NCBI GenBank assembly: GCA_965203905.1 | Contig: CBDBDQ010000005.1 | Span: 6,304,001 to 6,368,000 of the forward strand | Origin: Spirochaetia bacterium | GTDB taxonomy: Bacteria; Spirochaetota; Spirochaetia; SZUA-6; Bin103 | Direction of reading: 5' to 3' | DNA length: 64,000 nt | In this document: in pieces, positions 49,095-58,603 of the stretch | Numbering within the stretch: the first letter of the stretch is position 1 | How the letters are laid out: the number at the start of each line of letters is the position of its first letter | Notes under the pieces: model-generated | What the model was told of the DNA's origin: nothing | Databases searched by the model: none | Seen by the model: the letters and a program-made list of their open reading frames with translations, nothing else | Translations under genes and position numbers: made by a program

Positions 49095-50693
49095 ATGACG
49101 ATCACGGTAGACTCGGCGGGCGTGATCCGGCTGCCCGCCCTGGTGCGCGGCACGCTGACCCTGCCGCCCGCGCTGCCGAAGCAGGAGATCGAGTCCGCCT
49201 TCGCCCGCGCCGACGGCGAACGCGCCGGCTCCGATCCGGCGTCCCTGGTCAAGTTTCCCGAGGCGTGGGTGCTGCGCGAGCCGATCCTGGAGCGCGACTC
49301 GATGCGCGCCAGCGGCGAGTACCAGTACCAGGTGATGCCCGCGCCCAACCCGCTGCAGTTGATCGAGGATGATCTCGACGCCCTGGCCGGCGAGCTGTAC
49401 GACCTCTCCTTCGCCAAGGTCCTGGACTACCTCGAGGGCCTGCAGCAGGCGTATGCGGGCGACGCCGCCATGCTGCACCAGGTCAAGACACTGATGCGGC
49501 AGACCTCGGAGGCTCCCGACCCCTACGTCGACGCCGGCCTTGCGGTGTTTCCGATCATGCTCGGGCGCGACGTGGCGGAGTCGATGGTGGATACCGACCT
49601 GGCCGCCTGGCAGGTACCGGGGCGCCGCTTCCTGGATGGCTGGGTGGAAGTGCCCGGCACCCAGTACCCGGCGCCGGTGCACCTGATACATGCCCAACAC
49701 CTGCCGCCGATCGCGGACTACGACCCGACCCGGGCGACGCCACGGATCCGCGCGCTGCCTACCCGCCAGCTCCACATCACCGCCGGCAACTCGCCGCTGG
49801 TGCCCCTGGCATCGCTGCTGCGCGCCATCTGGACCAAGTCGGCGGCCACCATCAAGCTGCCCTACGGTGCCACCCTGGCAGGTGCCTACCTGGCCCAGCT
49901 GGCGGCCAACACCTTCCCCGACCATCCCCTCACCCGCCACCTGTCGGTGCTCTACTGGCCGGGCGGCGACCGGCAGTTCGAGGCGCCGCTGTTCCTGCCC
50001 GGCCGTTACGACCGCATCGTCGTGTGGGGCGCCCCCAACGCGGTGCTGTCGGTTACCGAGCGTGCCGCCTTCACCAAGACCGTGACCTTCAACCCCCGTT
50101 ACGGGGTGAGCCTGATCGGGCGCGAGGCGTTCGACCACCTGGAGCAGGTGGTGAGCCGCGCCGTGTGCGACACCCTGATCCAGAGCCAGAAGGCGTGTAT
50201 CGCGTCGCAGATCCACTACCTGGAGGCGGACCAGGCGCAGGCGGAACGGTACGCCGCCGCGCTGCGCGATGAGCTGGGACGCTGGGACGGTTTTGCGCCG
50301 GCGGCGTTGAGCCGGCCGCAGCAGGGCCAGCTCCGGCGCATGAAGCGGGGCAGCTTTCTGGGAGCCACGTGGTTCGAGAACCAGTCCGGCGGCCAGTATC
50401 GCTCCGCCGTGGCGGTGATGCCCGACGAGTTCAACATCATGGAGCACCCGCTGTGCCGGCTCATCGTGGTGCGGCCGGTGCCGAGCCTGGAGCGGGCGCT
50501 GCAGTACCTCCATCCGGGAGTGGCGACCGCCGGCGTGTTCCCCGAGGCGCGGCGCCATGCGCTGAGCGTCCGCATCGGGGCGCGCGGGGTCAGCAACGTG
50601 CCGCCGCTGGGCCAGGCCGGCTACACCTACCCCGGAATGCCGCACGACGGCATGCTGGTGCTCAGCGAGCTGGTGGACTGGAAGACCGGTTGA
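49095..50693 (+). CDS. LuxC-like acyl-CoA reductase
   Basis: HITAGNSP, YWPGG, VVWG, QKACIAS, HDGMLVLSELV; abuts the luxE-like gene. Confidence 0.82.
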   Translation: MTITVDSAGVIRLPALVRGTLTLPPALPKQEIESAFARADGERAGSDPASLVKFPEAWVLREPILERDSMRASGEYQYQVMPAPNPLQLIEDDLDALAGELYDLSFAKVLDYLEGLQQAYAGDAAMLHQVKTLMRQTSEAPDPYVDAGLAVFPIMLGRDVAESMVDTDLAAWQVPGRRFLDGWVEVPGTQYPAPVHLIHAQHLPPIADYDPTRATPRIRALPTRQLHITAGNSPLVPLASLLRAIWTKSAATIKLPYGATLAGAYLAQLAANTFPDHPLTRHLSVLYWPGGDRQFEAPLFLPGRYDRIVVWGAPNAVLSVTERAAFTKTVTFNPRYGVSLIGREAFDHLEQVVSRAVCDTLIQSQKACIASQIHYLEADQAQAERYAAALRDELGRWDGFAPAALSRPQQGQLRRMKRGSFLGATWFENQSGGQYRSAVAVMPDEFNIMEHPLCRLIVVRPVPSLERALQYLHPGVATAGVFPEARRHALSVRIGARGVSNVPPLGQAGYTYPGMPHDGMLVLSELVDWKTG

Positions 50694-50874
50694 CGGTACT
50701 TGGGGCGTTACACGGTGGGCGCTCAGTCCGGCGTCGAAACGCGCTCGTTATTCTCCATGACTCCAACTATCTCGCGTGCGGTACAGTTAGTCCACCGGGC
50801 CACGCCTTCGTCGATTTCTCCTTGACGCAGCCACTTGTCGCATCGTTAGTGCATCAACACCGTTTGCAGGATCC

Positions 50875-51921
50875 TCAGTCAGGGCGCGGTTCGTAGGCAT
50901 CGTCCGGACTCGCGGCTACCCGGTTGGCGGGGTCGCAGCCCCACGAGTGCGCCAGACGCTGCAGGCCCTCGGCGACCGACACCGGCGGCGCGTAACCCAG
51001 GTCGCGGCGCGCGGCGCTGATGTCGAACCAGTGGGACGAGGAGATCTCGCGCACCAGGAACCGGGTCAGCGGCGGTACCGCGTCCGGACGGAACAGACTG
51101 CAGGTTCCCTCCACCACGCCGGCGGCTGCGAGCGCCAGCCAGCGCGGCACGCGGCGGCGCACCGGCGGCGCACCCGCCAGCTGCAGCAGGCGGCCCACGA
51201 ACTGCCAGAGATCCACCGGCTCGCCCTGGGAGATGAAGTAGGCGCGGCCGGCGGGCGCGGCGCCGGGCACGAGCCGCTCCACGGCCAGCGCGTGGGCCTC
51301 GGCGGCACTGTCGATGTAGGTCACGTCGATACGGAACGGCCCGCGTCCTATCCGTACCAGCCGCCCGCGACGGGCGCGCGCGAGCAGCGCCGGTACCAGG
51401 TGCGGGTCTCCCGGGCCCCAGATCAGGTGCGGGCGCAGCGCCGTCGTGGCCAGTGCGCCGTCGTTGGCCGCCAGCACCGCCTGCTCGGCCAGCGCCTTGG
51501 TGCGCGAATAGGGAGAGTCGTAGTGGTCCGGATAGGGCACCGTCTCGTCGACGCCGCACAGGTCGGTGCCGGCGAACACCACGCTCGGTGAGCTGGCATA
51601 CACCAGCCGCTCCACCCCGTGGACCCGGCAGCCGGCGATGATCGCCTCGGTCCCGGCGACGTTGACCGCGTGGAACCGCTGCCCGGAGCCCGGCATGCCC
51701 GGTATCAGCGCTGCCGCGTGCACCACCGCACCGCAACCTGCGCAGGCCGCGGCGGTGGCACGCGGATCGGTCAGGTCGCCGCGCACCGTCTCCACGCCGC
51801 GCGCCGCCAGCGCCGGGTAGTCGCCGCGTGCGTAGCTGCGCACCTGGTGGCCGCGCTGCAGCAGCCGCTCGACGATGGCGCCTCCCAGGAAGCCGCCGCC
51901 GCCGGTTACCAGGATCCTCAC
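50875..51921 (-). CDS. OleD/3-beta-HSD-like NAD(P)-dependent reductase
   Basis: VTGGGGFLG, SSPSVVF, YSRTKALAE, LRPHLIWGPGD, HWFDISAARRDLGY. Confidence 0.85.
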   Translation of the reverse strand: MRILVTGGGGFLGGAIVERLLQRGHQVRSYARGDYPALAARGVETVRGDLTDPRATAAACAGCGAVVHAAALIPGMPGSGQRFHAVNVAGTEAIIAGCRVHGVERLVYASSPSVVFAGTDLCGVDETVPYPDHYDSPYSRTKALAEQAVLAANDGALATTALRPHLIWGPGDPHLVPALLARARRGRLVRIGRGPFRIDVTYIDSAAEAHALAVERLVPGAAPAGRAYFISQGEPVDLWQFVGRLLQLAGAPPVRRRVPRWLALAAAGVVEGTCSLFRPDAVPPLTRFLVREISSSHWFDISAARRDLGYAPPVSVAEGLQRLAHSWGCDPANRVAASPDDAYEPRPD

Positions 51922-52352
51922 GCGGCGCCGGGCGGGGCGGGCGACCGTACGCTGCCTGCCATCCTGCGCCAGGTGGCGAACAGGAACCAGCAGATGAGCA
52001 GGTTGGCCGGCAGGGTGACGAGCAGCGCGACGGTGCCGAATGGGGTCTTGCTGGCGGCGAACACCAGGTAGGTCCAGTCGGCGAACATCTCGCTGAGGCG
52101 GATGCCGGTGACCAGCAGCAGCCAGTGCGGGGCGCCGCGCCAGCGCGGCAGCGCCAGGATCTGCAGCACCGAGAAGGCCACCCAGATGGCGCCGGTACGG
52201 CGCAACAGCCCCTGCGGATCGAGGTAGTCGGCGTCGTGCAGGATCCGGAACCAGAGCTGTGGCAGCAGGAACGCTCCCACGGCGACAAGCAGGTCGAAGA
52301 TCACCAGCGACCACAGCACCACGTCGACCAGCCGCCCGCGCGCCGCGCTCAC
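51918..52352 (-). CDS. Small integral membrane protein (about 4 TM)
   Basis: Hydrophobic segments; GTGA overlap with the reductase gene. Confidence 0.7.
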   Translation of the reverse strand: MSAARGRLVDVVLWSLVIFDLLVAVGAFLLPQLWFRILHDADYLDPQGLLRRTGAIWVAFSVLQILALPRWRGAPHWLLLVTGIRLSEMFADWTYLVFAASKTPFGTVALLVTLPANLLICWFLFATWRRMAGSVRSPAPPGAA

Positions 52353-52665
52353 GGGGGTTGGGTCGGGTCGTTCGTCCGCCCTGAGCGATGTAGTTCGGTT
52401 TCCGCTACGGTCCGGCATCTGCAGCAGTATACGCCGGTTCGCGGCCTGGCAGCCCGTGGCGAAACTCCGGCTGCATTCGAGCAGCGATCCATCCCGGCTG
52501 CTTGCGTTGCTCCTCGCTCACACATGCTCTGATATGCTCGTTCGTCGCGCCTTGCCAGTCCGGGCGCCTCGCCGCTCGCTGCGACGCCGGGTTCCGCCAC
52601 AGGCTGCTGGCGGCCCCGGTACGGTGCATCTGCACCGGTCCGGCGGGAGCGTACTGCCGCACACC

Positions 52666-54744
52666 CAGGACTGTCCCACGCTGAACGACGTCTGCATCTC
52701 GTGTGTGAGCGAGCTGCGGTGATGGCCCCGGCGCGGCGCCTGCCAGATCGCCGCCTTCAGGGTGCGTGGCTCGTTCGCTGTACGACGTGTCCAGAAAAAG
52801 GGCGTAGCCCGCACCGGCAAACACGCCGGTCTCCGCCGATGCGTTGCTGGGCTTGTCGGCGCCGCGGTGCAGGATTCGCAGGATTCTGCGAAAGAGTGCC
52901 AAAAAAAGTACGCTGAGCACTTGACGGGTTTGGCGCTGCTCGTAACGGCCTCCTGCCGCACGTTCCAGCCCCTCCGACCCTTCGAACATCCCGCCATCCC
53001 CACCAGGCCCGTCAGCACCCCGCCTGCGCCGGCCTGCACCCTTCCCGGTGCCGGTCCGGGACTTGCCTAAACCGGATATTTATCAGCCATGTTTATATTT
53101 ACGGCCATGATCACCCCCTTGACCACCGCGACCCCTACCGGCTTCGCCTCCTCGCTCTCCGGGCTCCCCGACCAGGTGCTGCTGGCGCATACCAGGTCCC
53201 TCGTCCTGCACGAGCAGGCGCTGCAGCTCGCCGTCCTCGACCACCTGCGCGAGATCCACGCCCGCCACCTCCACCTGCGCCTCGGCTTCTCCAGCCTGTT
53301 CGACTACGCCGTGCGCGAGCTGGGCTACAGCGAAGGCGCCGCCTGGCGCCGTATCAAAGCCATGCGCCTGTGCTCCGATACCGCCGGGACACGCGAGCGG
53401 CTGCAGGACGGCTCGCTCACCCTGAGCGCGGCGGCGCAGTTGCAGAACACCTTCGATCTCCTGCAGCGCACGGCGACCGCCGCCGTGGACCCCGGCTCGG
53501 CACCCGCGGCACCGGAGCTGCTCCTGCGCGGTGCAGAGACGACGCCGCAGGATGGGGCTTCGGGGACCGCGGCAGCGGCGGCAGCGCGACCGGTGCCGGC
53601 GCTGGACGCGGCGCAGCGGCAGGAGCTGGTGGCGCAGGCGAGCGGCAAGAGCACCCGCGAGGTGAAGCAGTTGTTGGCCGGGGTGGCTCCCGAGCTGGCG
53701 CGGCCGGCCGATCGCATGCGGGCGCTGGGCGAGGGCCGCTGGGAGTTGAAGGTGGTGATCGACGCCGCGTGTCAGTGCGGGATCGAGCAGCTACGGGCAC
53801 TGCTGTCGCACGTGGACCCGCACCTGACGCTGGGGCAACTGGTGGAACGGCTGGTGCAGGACGGCCTGCAGCGCTACGACCCGGGGCGGCCGCCGCGCGG
53901 GCGCAGAGGTGGTCGCCGGGAGGCAAGCACGGGCCAAGCGCCGGAGCCGAAGGCGCAGCAAGGGCCGGCGGGCGGAGGGACTTCGCCGGCGAAGCGGGAC
54001 GTGCAAGAGCAACCCGGAGGTCCGGCGCCGCCGGAGGGCACGACCGCCGGTGGCAGCACCCCGGCGCCGGCAGCGCTATCCGCGCCGCCGCCGGGGCGCG
54101 AGACTTGCCGGGGCAGCAACCCGGTGAGTGCCAAGCCGGCGGGCGCGGCGCCCGGCACCGTCGCTTCGGCGGCGAAGTCGGTGGCCGATCGTGGGTCCCG
54201 CGCCACCGTACCGACGCCACGGCCGGCGCCGCCGGCGGACCAGAGCTTGCCGACCGCGACGGCACCGGCGGATCGCGGTCGCAGCGCTCCTTCGCCAGCG
54301 AAGCAGGCAGGAGGGGCGCAACTCGATGGCCTTTCGCGGCCACAGTCAGAGGCAGCCGGCCCCTCCGGAGGCAGTGCGCAGCCGCCCCACCGGGCGCCCC
54401 GGTCCCGGTACATTCCGGTACCCGTGCGGCGCGAGGTGTGGCGCCGCGACGGCGGCTGCTGCAGTTACGTCGATCCGCACAGCGGGCGGCGCTGCGGGTC
54501 CCGCTTTCTGCTGGAGCTCGACCACGTCGTTCCCTACGCGCTCGGCGGCGGTGCGGAGCCCGCCAACTTGCGCCTCCGCTGTCGAGCCCACCACCGCTTC
54601 CGGCATCGTGAGGACGCGCCGTCGCCAGACGGGGCCACGTGATCGGCGCTCGCCGAGGTGCGAGTTGGGCGGTCGGGCGCGGGTCCGAGGGCAGCGGGAG
54701 CAACGACTTGCAGCCGGCGTGTCGCGTAGCGTGGGATAGTCCTG
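52666..54744 (+). mobile_element. HNH-carrying TIR element, copy B
   Basis: 24-bp TIR CAGGACTGTCCCACGCTGAACGAC vs reverse complement of 54721-54744 (20/24); CCGCACACC duplicated at 52657-52665 and 54745-54753. Confidence 0.88.
53107..54642 (+). CDS. HNH endonuclease with DUF222-like N-terminus, copy 3
   Basis: Close paralogue of 24918-26519; LELDHVVP...NLRLRCRAHH. Confidence 0.88.
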   Translation: MITPLTTATPTGFASSLSGLPDQVLLAHTRSLVLHEQALQLAVLDHLREIHARHLHLRLGFSSLFDYAVRELGYSEGAAWRRIKAMRLCSDTAGTRERLQDGSLTLSAAAQLQNTFDLLQRTATAAVDPGSAPAAPELLLRGAETTPQDGASGTAAAAAARPVPALDAAQRQELVAQASGKSTREVKQLLAGVAPELARPADRMRALGEGRWELKVVIDAACQCGIEQLRALLSHVDPHLTLGQLVERLVQDGLQRYDPGRPPRGRRGGRREASTGQAPEPKAQQGPAGGGTSPAKRDVQEQPGGPAPPEGTTAGGSTPAPAALSAPPPGRETCRGSNPVSAKPAGAAPGTVASAAKSVADRGSRATVPTPRPAPPADQSLPTATAPADRGRSAPSPAKQAGGAQLDGLSRPQSEAAGPSGGSAQPPHRAPRSRYIPVPVRREVWRRDGGCCSYVDPHSGRRCGSRFLLELDHVVPYALGGGAEPANLRLRCRAHHRFRHREDAPSPDGAT

Positions 54745-54801
54745 CCGCACACCGGCGCCGCGGGGGACGGTCTCGGAGCGCTGGTATAGAGTACCTGGGC
54801 T

Positions 54802-55821
54802 ATGTTCGCATGGGTATTGCACGGCCAACGTGACCTGCGCCGCGAGCGGCGCGCCGATCCGGTGCCGGCGGTGGACGAGGTACTGCTGCGGGTGGAGCGG
54901 GTCGGCATCTGCGGCAGCGACGTCCACTACTACCGCGACGGCCGGGTGGGAGCGTTCGTGCCGTCGCAGCCGTTCGTGATCGGGCACGAGGTCGCTGGCG
55001 ACGTGGTCGCAGCCGGGGCGGCCGTGGATCACCTGCGGGTCGGCGACCGGGTGGCGGTGGACCCGTCGCAGGCGTGCCGGCGCTGCACCTGGTGCCGGGA
55101 CGGGCGCAGCAACCTGTGCCCGGAGATGCGCTACTTCGGCAGTGCCGCCACCGATCCACCCACCGACGGCGCCCTGTGCGAGCTGAAGGCGGTGCCGGCC
55201 GCCAACTGCCATCGTCTCGGTGACGCGCTGAGCTATGCCAGCGGGGCATTGCTGGAGCCGCTGGCGGTGGCCTGCCACGCCGTGCTGCGCGCGGGCAGAA
55301 TGGCCGGACGCCGGGTCGCGGTGAGCGGGGGCGGCACCATCGGTCAGCTCGTGGCGACCGTGGCACGCGCCCTCGGCGCCGGCCACGTGGCCGTGGCCGA
55401 CCCGCGCCCGGCGGCGCGTGCGGCGGCGGCGGCGCGCGCGGATGAAGTGCTCGATCCGGGCGGCGGCAGCACCCGGCTGGCGGACGGGCCGGCGCAGGTT
55501 ACCTTCGAAGCTGCAGGGGCGGCCGACTCGTTGCGCTGGGCGCTGGAGCACACCACGCGCGGCGGCACCGTGGTCCAGATCGGCACCCTACAGCACCAGT
55601 TCAGCGCACCGTTGAACCTGGTCATGGCCAAGGAGCTGCAGGTGCTCGGGTCGTTCCGTTTCGCCGATGGCTTCCAGGTCGGAGCGGCACTGCTGGCGGC
55701 CGGACGGATCGAGGTCGAGTCTCTGATCACCGCGGTGCTGCCGCTGGCACAGACCCCGGCGGCGCTGGAACGCGCCGCCGCCGATCCGACCGCGCTCAAG
55801 CTGCAGGTCAGCAGGAGCTGA
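54802..55821 (+). CDS. Zn-dependent sugar-acid dehydrogenase (L-idonate 5-dehydrogenase-like)
   Basis: GICGSDVHYY, GHE, CRRCTWC...C, MRYFGSAA, EPLAV, GSFRF. Confidence 0.85.
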   Translation: MFAWVLHGQRDLRRERRADPVPAVDEVLLRVERVGICGSDVHYYRDGRVGAFVPSQPFVIGHEVAGDVVAAGAAVDHLRVGDRVAVDPSQACRRCTWCRDGRSNLCPEMRYFGSAATDPPTDGALCELKAVPAANCHRLGDALSYASGALLEPLAVACHAVLRAGRMAGRRVAVSGGGTIGQLVATVARALGAGHVAVADPRPAARAAAAARADEVLDPGGGSTRLADGPAQVTFEAAGAADSLRWALEHTTRGGTVVQIGTLQHQFSAPLNLVMAKELQVLGSFRFADGFQVGAALLAAGRIEVESLITAVLPLAQTPAALERAAADPTALKLQVSRS

Positions 55822-55896
55822 ATCCCACGCATCGCGCCGGCCCATCCCGGCAGGATGTTGCCGGCCCCCTTGGCGGGCGGTAGATTGACGCTCGAT

Positions 55897-56607
55897 ATGC
55901 GCCGTCTGGTCTCGCTCTGCACCATCGCCCTCGGCATCACTATCGCCGCAACGGCGGTGGCGGACGGCCCCTACGTCAGCGCCGCAGGGGGCGTGGCTCT
56001 GGTCCCCGGCTTCAACGACACTCCGCACGACTTGGGCAGGGGACTTGCCGCAAGTGGTACGGCCAGCGGTACCGTCACCGACGACGGGGTAGACATCAGC
56101 TTGCGCAAGGGCGATGCCGACTGGGCGTTCGACGTCGGCTTCGTCGCCGGGGGAGGCCTTGGCTACGCGTTCGGTCCGGCACGCATCGACGTCGAGTTCT
56201 CCTACCTCAGCGCCAACTTCGAATTCGCCAGTGAAGGTGATGACGGGGCGGAGACACCGAACGACAACTTTACCGCTCTGTCGTTGCTGGCCCAGGCGTG
56301 GTACGACATCGACATCGGAAGTTTCGTTACGCCCTACCTCGGCGTGGGCGCAGGCGCCACCAACCTCGCGGTGAAGCTGATCTCCGCCGACGACACCTGG
56401 TTCGACGGCGCCGGATGGGGGTTCGCCTACCAGGCGGGCGCCGGCATCGGCTTCCGAATTCTGGCGGGCTTCTCCCTCGACATCGGCTACCGGCTCTTCG
56501 GCACGCTGCAGACCGAGGTGTTCGACGACGCCGATCCCGACCTCAGCAGCGTCAGTCCCGCGGTCATGGCCCACCGCATCCAGCTCGGCCTGCGCTTCCC
56601 CACCTGA
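55897..56607 (+). CDS. Outer-membrane beta-barrel protein (Opacity/OmpA-TM-like)
   Basis: Signal peptide, GLGYAF, TPYLGVGAG, FAYQAGAG, C-terminal LGLRF. Confidence 0.82.
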   Translation: MRRLVSLCTIALGITIAATAVADGPYVSAAGGVALVPGFNDTPHDLGRGLAASGTASGTVTDDGVDISLRKGDADWAFDVGFVAGGGLGYAFGPARIDVEFSYLSANFEFASEGDDGAETPNDNFTALSLLAQAWYDIDIGSFVTPYLGVGAGATNLAVKLISADDTWFDGAGWGFAYQAGAGIGFRILAGFSLDIGYRLFGTLQTEVFDDADPDLSSVSPAVMAHRIQLGLRFPT

Positions 56608-56744
56608 GCCGCCCGCCATTCGTGTACGCGGCGGCGCGGCCTCATCCGCTCGCTGCCGACCATTGCGTCGGCACTGCCACGGCATGGCTTGTTTCCGCCC
56701 CCCTGACGCACTATATTGCAGACTCGAATCGACCCAAGTGAGGC

Positions 56745-57482
56745 ATGTACATGCGTTCTAGCGCCGTTCTTCTTTCTCTCGTGCTGCTGGCCGCTTCCGC
56801 GGTAGCCGCCTTTTCCCAGAGCCCCATGATGATGGAGAGCTCCGGCGTCTACGTGAACCTCGGTGGCGGCCTGGCCATCCTGCCCGGCACGACGGACACT
56901 CCGCACGACAATCTCCCTGACACCCCAAAGGGCAACATGCCCATGGACTCAAATGAAGCGAGCTGGGACTTCGATCTCGGGTTCGGTATCGACGGTGCGC
57001 TGGGCTACGACTTTGGCAGCTTTCGTACCGACCTCGAGTTCACCTTTCTGTCCTCCAAGGCAGTCTTCGATGTGGACCCGGACGATCGCCGCGAAGACGA
57101 CGTGGATGCCGACGACACGCTCACCATCCTGGCGCTGACGGCCAACGCGTGGTACGACCTCTATACCGGCACCGCGTGGACGCCGTACATCGGGATCGGG
57201 ATCGGAGGCACCAATCTCTCGGTGCAGCTCTCCGAGGGTACGGATGACGACGACCTGTACTTTGACGGCACCGGCTGGGGCTTCGCCTACCAGGCCGGCG
57301 TCGGCGTCGCCTTCGAGGTGCTGAGCGGGTTTTCCCTCACGGCTGGCTATCAGTTCTTCGGAACCCTGGAAACCGAGGTAAGGGACGACGCTGGGACCTC
57401 TGACGATGAGGACGACGACTACACCGTGGCTCCGACCCTCATGGCTCACGGAATCCAACTCGGAATGCGCTTCCTGTTTTAG
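56745..57482 (+). CDS. Outer-membrane beta-barrel protein, tandem paralogue
   Basis: Signal peptide, LGYDFG, TPYIGIGIG, FAYQAGVG, ends GMRFLF. Confidence 0.82.
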   Translation: MYMRSSAVLLSLVLLAASAVAAFSQSPMMMESSGVYVNLGGGLAILPGTTDTPHDNLPDTPKGNMPMDSNEASWDFDLGFGIDGALGYDFGSFRTDLEFTFLSSKAVFDVDPDDRREDDVDADDTLTILALTANAWYDLYTGTAWTPYIGIGIGGTNLSVQLSEGTDDDDLYFDGTGWGFAYQAGVGVAFEVLSGFSLTAGYQFFGTLETEVRDDAGTSDDEDDDYTVAPTLMAHGIQLGMRFLF

Positions 57483-57508
57483 CGGGACAACGGCACCGCT
57501 ATCCACCG

Positions 57509-58510
57509 CTATCCGCGGCAGGCTACGACCGGCAGATCCTTCATCGCATAGAGACCGGGCGCCGCGGCGACCACCGCCGGGGCGCTGTTGACCACGATCG
57601 CCGCGGTGGCCACGTCCCCCGGCGTGCCCCCTGGAATGGTCACTTCCAGGTTCGGCGTACCCGTCAGCGTCACCGTATCGAATGAGCGCGGCGCGCCGAC
57701 GTAGGCCTGGAACTCCAGTTCCACCGCCACGCGGCCGGCGCAGGTGGCGACGGCGACCTGCTTCAGGCCGGCTACCGTTCCCACCGGCACCGTAGCGTAG
57801 TCGCTGCGCACCTCGTGGTCGAGCAGCACCGGATCGAGCGTCACGCTGATCTCATCCAGCTCCCAGCCGAGTCCCGCCGCCAGCAGCGCCGCCGACTCCT
57901 CCAGGCCGACGTGCCCGAAGCCGCCACCGGCCGCCGCGGCGGCGAACTCCTGCGGCGACAGCCCGGCCCCGATCTTGCGCTGAAACGGAATCCGGCGGGT
58001 GGATGCATCCTGAATCCGCGTCACCCGCACCGCGCGCAGATCGGCACACAGGGTCGACATGAACAGCGGCCAGGTATCCATCAGGAAGCCCGGATTGACC
58101 CCGGTGCCGAGTATCGAGACGCCGTGGCGACATGCCAGCTCATGCAGCCGGGCCGCCGACCCGGGGTCGCGGTACGCGGGAAAGGCCAGCTCCTCGCAGG
58201 TGGATACCACGTTCGCCCCCGCCGCCGCGATCATCGCCAACTGGTCGAATACGTCGCCAACGCGCGAGCCGGTGGTATGGAACACCACCTGCGGCTGCAG
58301 CTCACGGAGCGCGGCAGCGGCATCGGCGTGCACCACCGCTTCGAGGCGACCACCCACCTGTGCCACCTCGCCCAGGTCGCGCCCCGCGACAGCGGGGTCG
58401 ATGTCGATGCCCCCCAACACCGTCAACTCCGGCCGCTGCGTCGCCAGCCGCGCGATGCTGCAACCGATGGGGCCACAGCCGAATTGCACTACGCCAATCG
58501 TTCCACCCAT
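57509..58510 (-). CDS. Dihydrodipicolinate-reductase-like / 2,4-diaminopentanoate dehydrogenase-family protein
   Basis: QFGCGPIG, VSTCEEL, GTGVNPGFLMD, QRKIGAG, GDVATAA. Confidence 0.82.
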   Translation of the reverse strand: MGGTIGVVQFGCGPIGCSIARLATQRPELTVLGGIDIDPAVAGRDLGEVAQVGGRLEAVVHADAAAALRELQPQVVFHTTGSRVGDVFDQLAMIAAAGANVVSTCEELAFPAYRDPGSAARLHELACRHGVSILGTGVNPGFLMDTWPLFMSTLCADLRAVRVTRIQDASTRRIPFQRKIGAGLSPQEFAAAAAGGGFGHVGLEESAALLAAGLGWELDEISVTLDPVLLDHEVRSDYATVPVGTVAGLKQVAVATCAGRVAVELEFQAYVGAPRSFDTVTLTGTPNLEVTIPGGTPGDVATAAIVVNSAPAVVAAAPGLYAMKDLPVVACRG

Positions 58511-58603
58511 GGGCCGGCAGCATACCAGTCTCCGCACGCGCGTTGAACAGGCAACGACCGGCGCCGTACTATGCCGGGCACCGGTATGAGGCCGCCCGTC
58601 GCA

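Noticed and set aside
47490-50645. 1051-aa minus-strand ORF and similar long antisense ORFs (e.g. 40357-42888, 45682-47631)
   Set aside because: Shadows of well-supported genes in GC-rich DNA; no motifs.
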